Part shown: one piece after another, positions 56,326-64,000 of the stretch
Layout: the number at the start of each line of letters is the position of its first letter
Position numbering within the stretch: the stretch's first letter is position 1
Assembly: GCA_001599295.1 (NCBI GenBank)
Contig: BCGN01000008.1
Coordinates: 496,001-560,000, forward strand
Length of the DNA stretch: 64,000 nt
Source: Sporopachydermia quercuum
Lineage: Eukaryota
Direction of reading: 5' to 3'
Notes under the pieces: model-generated
Seen by the model: only the letters and a program-made list of their open reading frames with translations
Database searches by the model: none
Told to the model about the DNA's origin: nothing
Position numbers and translations under genes: made by a program

Positions 56326-57016
56326 CATCTCCTGTGAATNCTCTTCAGCTTGAAAATATATAAATATATTTATACAAAGCAACAACAAGTATTACTGACA
56401 ATTTATTTCTATATATAAGTTCATTCCATTTATTTACTCAATAGTTGAATAACGGTGTCAGTATGTATCCAAGCCCTAGTTGAGACTTCGGACTTGCTTA
56501 GCCATATTCGTATCACGCGTTCCAACAGAAAGTAAAAACTAAACTGAAAACGCATCCAAAAACCTTCAATCTAAGAAAAATACACCAATTCTCCCCTGTA
56601 TATATAATTCATTGCGCATATTGTCTCCTTTGCCTTCCCTCTTACGTCAATAAGTCAGTACTAATGAAATGTATGAATCTATTTGTCTCTGCGTCGTATC
56701 ATCCTATAAATCCAATGAGGTATTGTCTCATAACAGGTTATTTATCCCTTTGAGTCTATATTGCTTCTCCCGCTCAGTCTCTCCACTTAAAGTTATCAAT
56801 GCTGAAATATCACTTCAGGTCTCATTTTTACCCAGTGAACAAAAAGAATTACTAAGAGGTAAATTTAAGCTCGGGGATCACTTGAGATCTCAACGTCACT
56901 CAGTTTCATTGCTCTGCCTGTAATGTTTACTTGCCATCTCAGCACAACCACCCCAAATATAAGAAGCCTTACATCTCCTTTTCGTTGCTTCCTTCTCTTT
57001 GGCTTTTCAACAAATC

Positions 57017-57221
57017 AACACATCTCGTCTCTTTCTATGTGCATGGTCTAACAAGAAGAGACGAATTGTTGTGTTTTACAAGAAAGCAACGTAACGTCTC
57101 CATTTGATGAATTGTTTTCATTGGAAGATATTCACGATAAGAATTGATAAAAGAGCTAACTGACAAATAAAGTGAAATTTCATGAAAGAGAACGTTGTCA
57201 GTTTATATCGTTTTGATAGTT
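57017..57221 (+). ncRNA. Candidate structured RNA (H/ACA snoRNA-like)
   Basis: Two 9-bp stems (57025-57033/57056-57064 and 57158-57166/57195-57203), an ANANNA box at 57078-57083 and ATA at 57216-57218. No rRNA target identified. Confidence 0.25.
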
Positions 57222-57549
57222 TTTGGTATAAGTACTGAATTTCAGAGCTGTAGATGAAGCAACTTAGAATCAGAAAGAAAATTGGATTAAAAAGAGTGTC
57301 TGTTCTGGTTTAAGCATAGTTGAAAGTCATACTATACTAGCGAGTGACCCACTTANCGTTTATTATTTTTTTGAACACTCTGTTAGTTTTATTTTGTTCA
57401 TTTATCGCCCACGATANAATATCTACAGAGGGAAATAGCTAATTATTTCATTAGCCTCCCTTGGTGATTATAAGTTGAAAGCAAGCTGATAGTTTGAGAA
57501 AGCAACTATCTGGTCTTCATACTTAACTACAGAACGTTTAAATATCACA

Positions 57550-59013
57550 ATGACAAAATTGGAGATGGCACCATCAATTGCTCCAGAATTGGATCCTTCG
57601 GTAGCTGTAGCTGCTGCTGAAAACTCTAAAGCTGTGAACGACAACGGAGGTGAAAGCGACGTAGCTGCTGCCGCTGTTGCTGTTGCTGTTAGAGATACTA
57701 ATGATAGTAATGACAGACATGGCAATCATTCTTTATTGTCATTAGACCCCTCTATACAACCAGGTACTTCATCTGATGATGATTTACTGGTAAAGAATGC
57801 TATTGAAAATATCAAGTCCACATACAGTGAGCAAAAGGTTGCTTATTGTCCAATACCTAATTGCAAACCAGTGAAAAGATTCAAATCAATCAAAGGTTTA
57901 CTATACCATTTAACGATGAGGCATTCAGAACCATATATCAACCCCTTGAAGACTCAAATTCATATTGAGTTTTTTGGAGAAAATCCACGTCAACTAATCA
58001 ACAAAAGGTTTCGGGAAAAGAACATAGTATCTGGTGACGAGTCTGCCTATAAAGTACATAAACGGAGATGTGCATCTGCCGGTTGTAAAGCCTTAGATGA
58101 TGCTGAAGCATTAATTCCTAACCCTATGAAAGCTAAAGCGACAAAAGAATGGTTGAATTTGAGAGAAGGAAAGAATGTTTTTATTGAAGCATTTGAAAAT
58201 GGTTTTGATCTACCTGACACAAGTTTACCTTTTGATTCGAAGTTGTATTCAACTTGGATCGAGCGGTACTCTAATTCAATCAATTACCCTCCACACATCC
58301 GAAACAATAAAGCATTGGTTGATGAATGGGACAGAAAACTGTCATCTCCAGATTTCGCTGGGTTAGATAACTTTTTGATAATCAAGCCAGCACTGGATAC
58401 TCAAATTCCTCTGGGAATTCCCCAAGCTGCTACTCCAGAAGCTATCAAAATGTATGAAGAACAAATTGAAATTGTTCATAAACAAAAATGGCTTCAATCA
58501 AGAAATGAAAGAAAAGTTGTTAGACGAAAAAAAAGAGAATCCAGACAGGGATTAACGAGATCTGCTGCCCAAGCAATGGCCAACACATTAGGACTTGAGG
58601 AACCAATATTGGTAGCAACAGAGACTTTGTCATCAGGTGGATTATCCCANCCTCTAGAAGACGATGAGAATATTAGTATTGCTGATGAAGTTGACACTAT
58701 TGAAACTGGTAATATTATTGCTGATGAAGTAGTCGATGATGCTTTGAAGAATGCTTCTACGGCTACAACGGGAGCTGATGGTAAAAAGAAACGTACTGGT
58801 TTGATTCAATTAGCTGAGGCTGTTGAAGAACAAGCAAAGAAGGAAGCAGCTGACAAAAGTGATGAAAATATAGATGTAAGTTTAAAAGAGCACAGCAAGA
58901 ATAATGGTGTGAAGGTTGGATTAGATGTTCCAGATCTTCCCGAAGGAAAGCGTTATGCTGAAGATTCCGAAACTTTTGATGATGAGAGTGCATTAAAGAA
59001 ACTTAAGAAATAA
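57550..59013 (+). CDS. Uncharacterised nuclear protein with one C2H2 zinc finger
   Basis: CPIPNCKPVKRFKSIKGLLYHLTMRH (57847-57924), basic RKVVRRKKRESR and a bipartite-NLS-like C-terminus (KR..KKLKK). Confidence 0.7.
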   Translation: MTKLEMAPSIAPELDPSVAVAAAENSKAVNDNGGESDVAAAAVAVAVRDTNDSNDRHGNHSLLSLDPSIQPGTSSDDDLLVKNAIENIKSTYSEQKVAYCPIPNCKPVKRFKSIKGLLYHLTMRHSEPYINPLKTQIHIEFFGENPRQLINKRFREKNIVSGDESAYKVHKRRCASAGCKALDDAEALIPNPMKAKATKEWLNLREGKNVFIEAFENGFDLPDTSLPFDSKLYSTWIERYSNSINYPPHIRNNKALVDEWDRKLSSPDFAGLDNFLIIKPALDTQIPLGIPQAATPEAIKMYEEQIEIVHKQKWLQSRNERKVVRRKKRESRQGLTRSAAQAMANTLGLEEPILVATETLSSGGLSXPLEDDENISIADEVDTIETGNIIADEVVDDALKNASTATTGADGKKKRTGLIQLAEAVEEQAKKEAADKSDENIDVSLKEHSKNNGVKVGLDVPDLPEGKRYAEDSETFDDESALKKLKK

Positions 59014-59347
59014 TTTATTGCTCGATTATCGCTGTACGAGACTGATGAATAGTTTTCATCAGGTACCACTTCTGTATTATATGTAACTTTTAATAGTAAG
59101 ACTAATGTTATTAGCAATTCAATTGTAGAGGATGGTTGATTTGAAACGACTTTATCCTAAACTATGAAAAAGATGTGGAATAGAACTTGAATTCGATTAA
59201 CTGAAAGCCAGATAAATCAATTTTCTGATATAAACCAGTTAATTCTACTAGTGACAATAGATAAAACCAAGGATTTCTTATCCCGTATCCTAATATTAAT
59301 CTAAACGTGTTGTCAATGCAAAAAATTCTATATGTACACATATTTCA

Positions 59348-60913
59348 TTAGTCATCTTCCTCTATTCCTTCCTCTTCATCATCATCTTCTTCCTCATCGT
59401 CGTCAGCTTGTTCCACAATTCTTTCCTCCCTGAAGACCTGTTTCAAGGCTCTAATTTCACTCTTGAATGCTTTCTTTACAGTTCCATTTGACAGAACATC
59501 CCAAACCTTTAATTTACCTTTACTTCCAGAAACAGTGATCAAACCTGCAACTTCAGAGTCGGGAGCAAATGCACAAGTGAATACATTACCAACATCCAAA
59601 TCACGAGATAAGATCATGCTAGGATCTTTTCTAACGTCCCATACTTTGATTGATTTTTCTCCCATTGCCGAGGTAACTAACATACCTGGAACAGTTATAC
59701 TAGATGCAATGCTAGTGAGAGAATGATCATGAGCTTGCAATCTCCATAAAGGTTTGGTTGCATTTCTAGCATCTATCACGTTTACAACACCTGACTCATC
59801 ACCAACGTAAAGAACGTTAGCATCACCTGATCTTCCCCATTCAATCACTTCAATATCACGGCCAATATTCCATGAAGTACTCATTTGATCTTCAGCAACA
59901 CGGATATCGGAAATCTTAACATATCCATCATAACCAGCAGTTGCCAACACAGATGAACCAGTATCAAAAGATGCAACAGTATCAGATGAGTTAAACCATC
60001 TAACGTTAGAAACTTTGTTGGTGTGTAATTTATTATAACTTTTAACACAGCTACCTCTTGTTAAATCCCATAGCTTCACCGTTTTATCTGCAGACCCAGA
60101 TGCAAGAATTGAAGAATGCATTTTATTATGAGAAAGAGACAGAACAGCATCGGTATGTCGAGAATCATCCTGACGGATTGCCTTCTTCTTCTTAGATTTC
60201 TTTGTGGTAGAAGCATTTTCCGATAGCTCTCCTAGAATCATATCAGGGAAAACCTTATCCACTGTGTCAAGATTGAAAATTTCAATTTGTGGGTCAAATG
60301 TTCCAACAGCGACAAAATTTCCTGGTTGGTTAGTAGCACCTGGTTGTGAATTGATCCATTCAACGCATAATGGAAATGCTGGTAACATCATATCATGATG
60401 AACATATACATTGCTGCCTCTGTTCTCATTTGCTGATCCGTCATCATAGACGTACACTTCTAGAGTTGATAATTCATCTTCAGTCTTAGCAGCAAGAATC
60501 AAGTTATCTGTAGGGTAAATTTGTAATTCTTCTTTCTCTTCTAATTGTTCTTCTTCAGTAGGTGGGGGCAGCTCAATATAATCACCATTCTCTTCTGAAT
60601 GGAATTGACCAACTTTTAAATTGGGGAAAATATTAATGGCTTCTGCATTATCATCATCGTCATCATAATGCTCCATGTCATATTCCTTTAGTTCATCATC
60701 TTCATCTATATCATCTTTAATCTTATTAGCTACAGTTGTAGGATCAGCTTCTGTTTCGGCCTCAGCTTCAGCTTCGGCAATATCCTCTTCAGCATCATCA
60801 ATTTGAAGTTTAGCCATTTCTGATATCCTGGCAACTTCTTCGTCATTCAATTCATATTTCTCAGGAAATTCGCTGGCGAACCCTCGAGGCACCCAACAAG
60901 TTGCTGTTATCAT
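59348..60913 (-). CDS. PWP1: Periodic tryptophan protein 1 (WD40, ribosome biogenesis)
   Basis: MITATCWVPRG, LKEYDMEHYD, YVHHDMMLPAFPLCVEW and LASGSADKTVKLWDL. True ATG is 60913 (the track starts at a TTG). Confidence 0.95.
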   Translation of the reverse strand: MITATCWVPRGFASEFPEKYELNDEEVARISEMAKLQIDDAEEDIAEAEAEAETEADPTTVANKIKDDIDEDDELKEYDMEHYDDDDDNAEAINIFPNLKVGQFHSEENGDYIELPPPTEEEQLEEKEELQIYPTDNLILAAKTEDELSTLEVYVYDDGSANENRGSNVYVHHDMMLPAFPLCVEWINSQPGATNQPGNFVAVGTFDPQIEIFNLDTVDKVFPDMILGELSENASTTKKSKKKKAIRQDDSRHTDAVLSLSHNKMHSSILASGSADKTVKLWDLTRGSCVKSYNKLHTNKVSNVRWFNSSDTVASFDTGSSVLATAGYDGYVKISDIRVAEDQMSTSWNIGRDIEVIEWGRSGDANVLYVGDESGVVNVIDARNATKPLWRLQAHDHSLTSIASSITVPGMLVTSAMGEKSIKVWDVRKDPSMILSRDLDVGNVFTCAFAPDSEVAGLITVSGSKGKLKVWDVLSNGTVKKAFKSEIRALKQVFREERIVEQADDDEEEDDDEEEGIEEDD

Positions 60914-61153
60914 GTTGATATAGATACAATGATTAACTGCGTTCTGCTGTTGATTCGATGGTTGCGAGACTGTCAATCTGCAGAGTATTCTAATATTAAT
61001 AATAAATTCCTGCTCAGACTCAACAATTGAATNAATACTTTACTGAAACTACCACTGAGTATAAGCTGTGATTGTCGTCAGAAGTTTTAACAAGCGATAT
61101 ATCAATCTTCATGTTTGTTGTTTGTGAAGGTAAAGAAATTTGCTTATAGTAAA

Positions 61154-61228
61154 GAAAATTTTTTGTATGCGAATAATGAAATGAACTTTAATATGATTTT
61201 GTTTCTGTGAGCCTTACCAATCGGGTAA
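61154..61228. promoter_or_regulatory. RRPE-like element plus Reb1-type site upstream of PWP1
   Basis: GAAAATTTTTT at 61154-61164 and CGGGTAA at 61222-61228, typical of ribosome-biogenesis promoters. Confidence 0.55.
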
Positions 61229-61848
61229 TTTGAAGGGGAAGCTTAGAGACTAAAGTGGTTAGAAATAATATCGGAGATTATTCTTTCAAANTGAAGAGAT
61301 TATCGGAAGATATATATATGTATGCTGCGTCTTAACAANGAACCATAGATATGTAGTTATTGAGAAGTTTCTTCTTAGAAATGTGGTTGAGAAAATCAGT
61401 CGACAGTTGTAAAATGCAAAAATGGTGTAACTGTCCTCTAAAAGAATTGAATCAAAGATAGTGTAGTGAATTCATGAAGTCAAGAAACGAAAAATCAGTT
61501 TCGAAAGGATGCTCAATTGAATATATATCTTCAGAAATTCAATCATTAATGCGGAGAATTTAGCAATGACCGTTGAGAAAAAATATTGAAGGAAGAATAA
61601 ACTGAAATTCAGCACTCGACATAGTGTTCCAGACTCAGTCCTTTGTAAAAGGCTTTGTTATTGAAAAAATCTTCACAATATGGGGACTTTGAGGCAAGGT
61701 GGAAAAAAATAATTTCAAGTTAACATTTAANGTTTCAGCCAAAATAATAGAGCATCTGATAGCCTGCGATGAAGTTGTTACTCAAATTCAGACTTTTTTA
61801 CTAAATCCTATTGATTTTAATTATATACAGATAAGAACATAAATAAAT

Positions 61849-61898
61849 AAAAGGATAGTTACATTTATTTCATTATAATTTATATTAACTATCCTTTT
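61849..61898. repeat. Perfect 13-bp inverted repeat with 24-nt spacer
   Basis: AAAAGGATAGTTA (61849-61861) and TAACTATCCTTTT (61886-61898). Confidence 0.8.
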
Positions 61899-64000
61899 TT
61901 TCCGCTTTGACTGCCAGTTTTGTATGTCCATTGAAGTTAGGGGTGGAATTAAGCAATGATGAATATATTTAGGTTCTCTTCCGAAACCCATTGTGGAAAG
62001 TTTATTTGAATATTCGTTGTCTTCTTGGGTTAATTTGGAGAAACGAATTATGAGTTCAAGATTTATTTCTAAAACATCTTAACAAAACCATACACAATTG
62101 TAAGCTCCATCTTCAATACAAAAAATTATTTAGCATAATATGTGCCCTACTATTTATTGTTAAGAAACTGTGCTTCTAGATGTAAACGAAATGATTTGTC
62201 GAAGGAAGTTCAATTATTCNTTTAATAGAAAAGAGTTCATACTCAATTGTCAGNTTTAAAATTATTCATCAGGGAGATCATCACTAAAGTTCACTAAAGT
62301 GATGATCGCTAAACGAAGATTACCGGATTTGTAAGGTATTCCAAACCTTAATTAAACATTATTCCCAAATAGGAAGTTAAACTTGAACACAGTTCAACGT
62401 CGGAGTTCCTGTTGTCATTCATTAATGGGCAATTGAGAGATTTATTCTAGAATTATTTGGAACAGTGGTAGATTGCTAAATTGCTAATTCCAAGAGAAAT
62501 CAGAAGAAATTTGTTCCGGTATTAGACATAATTGTTGACACTATCATTAACAGAAAGGGAAATAAAAGGAACTGCCAACCATTTGACTAAATATAACACA
62601 TATATATGTTATATTGGACAAAACCATGTTACTGTGAGCAGATGAATAGTGTATAATTCACGATGGAATTGCAAGATTCAATCATTCCAAGCAATAATTG
62701 CATATCCTGTTGGCAGGGTTAAGGAGTAGGCCATTTCAGTTATATGTCACCTTGTTTGAATTTCTTGTATTAGGNCGCAGAATCTTGTTAGGTAGCTGTT
62801 GAAAGAAGATTAACTNACATTATACTNTTCAACCTCAAACTGATACAAGGCTGGTTAGAAAGACATTGATTATTATTTACAACCGATTGTTCCATTTCAA
62901 TGTTTATTTGCTCGAATTGTACAACTTTGAATTTCAAAGGTGATTTTGATGTTCCTACAGACAGATCCTTTTTTAATAAGCTTTGACTGAAATTATAAAA
63001 TTAATATTTTGAGTTAAATGAGATTTGATCCTGAAAAGCTGCAGTTCTTATAATTGAGAATCTGAGTCTTGAACGAAAACTAAGAATAATTTTTTATTTG
63101 ACAGGTGTAACCCCGTATACTCATTGCCCAAGATTCGATTCTTCCATTGAATTCTAGCATTCATTTTGTATTATTTTTTTATCATCTCTCTATTCAAAAT
63201 GGTCTTTATGGTGTCCTTTGGAAAACTATTTCTTCTCCCTTGTAAATTACCTTATAGAGTACCTGAANCCCAACTAATAGTTTCTCCAACCTGGCTTTCT
63301 CATATGGTCTTTGCATATGTAACTAAGAAAATAGTTGGTCTATAACTATTCTAGTTGAAATTTTGTCGAATGACCCTGGCATTTGATTTATTTCAACCCA
63401 AATATAACTCAATAGCAAAATATGCCTTTCTATCAAACTTATTGGAAGTGACATTTGTTGCTTGCAGATTGAAGAGCAAAGCAAGATTATCGTTTACAAG
63501 TCGTAGATTTCTAATTGTTTTCAACCTCGTAAGACCATAGGATAATCCAATATATTTAGTTGTAAGGAAAAGTACTAGTAAGTATTTTGATAGTTGTCTC
63601 TCTTCATCTTGTATTCATATTCCNATCCAACTGAAATATCATGGGTCCGATTTACCATGTATATGCATTAGAAAATTTGAACAGTCAAATTAACAAAATA
63701 CATATNAACTATTATTATTATTATTATTATTCTCTTTCTATCTATCTGTCTGATCATCAANTATAATATATTTGTTGCTTGCACTNTATATTGGATACTT
63801 TCAATAGTATGCAACTTAATTTCGTAAATGAAATGTCTTTCACTTCGCGCATAATTTTCACATGCAAGTTTCACCTACAACTCAGCCGTGGATGATTGAA
63901 GAATGAAAACATTATCAAGCGAGTATTCAATCCATATGAAATATGAAATCAAGAAAATAGAAAGCAAGAAAGGCAGAGCCAATCAATCCAAGGCGAATAT

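Noticed and set aside
62245..62290. C/D-box snoRNA on the minus strand (GTGATGA..CTGA..CTGA)
   Set aside because: Boxes are too close together to hold guide sequences.
1..64000. tRNA, rRNA, LTR/transposon ORFs, CRISPR arrays
   Set aside because: No cloverleaf with A/B boxes, rRNA-like sequence, RT/integrase/transposase motifs or repeat-spacer arrays seen by eye; a tRNAscan/Infernal run would be needed to exclude them fully.

Overview
AT-rich eukaryotic DNA from a budding yeast (Saccharomycotina). It uses the standard genetic code: CTG falls at conserved Leu positions in Lsp1/Pil1 and Deg1. Scattered single N bases are probably heterozygous sites. I support 26 protein-coding genes, in order: SPB4, DEG1, SNF8, HAT1, LSP1/PIL1, REC8, AVT1, VPS24, OPI1, Mmc1-like, APM2, MCO14, a two-RRM PABP-like protein, NFU1, GPI18, YeeE/YedE, SNU114, EBP2, ERG20, QCR8, NNK1-like kinase, a Zn2Cys6 factor, UPS1, a phocein/MOB4-like protein, a C2H2 protein and PWP1. 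Seven are spliced; I rebuilt their 11 introns by hand and all are missed by the ORF track, including four in REC8. No tRNA, rRNA, intact mobile element or CRISPR array was seen. Main leads: (i) the left end preserves the gene block that flanks CEN6/CEN16 in S. cerevisiae, and the interval at the syntenic centromere position carries a cluster of repeated CTTACGT motifs; (ii) a divergent phocein (STRIPAK MOB4) gene; (iii) a truncated PABP-like RRM paralog; (iv) a REC8 with mostly suboptimal splice signals; (v) candidate structured ncRNAs and a candidate spliced microprotein; (vi) a gene-free, N-rich 3 kb at the right end. Gene names come from recalled family motifs and gene order, not from database searches.
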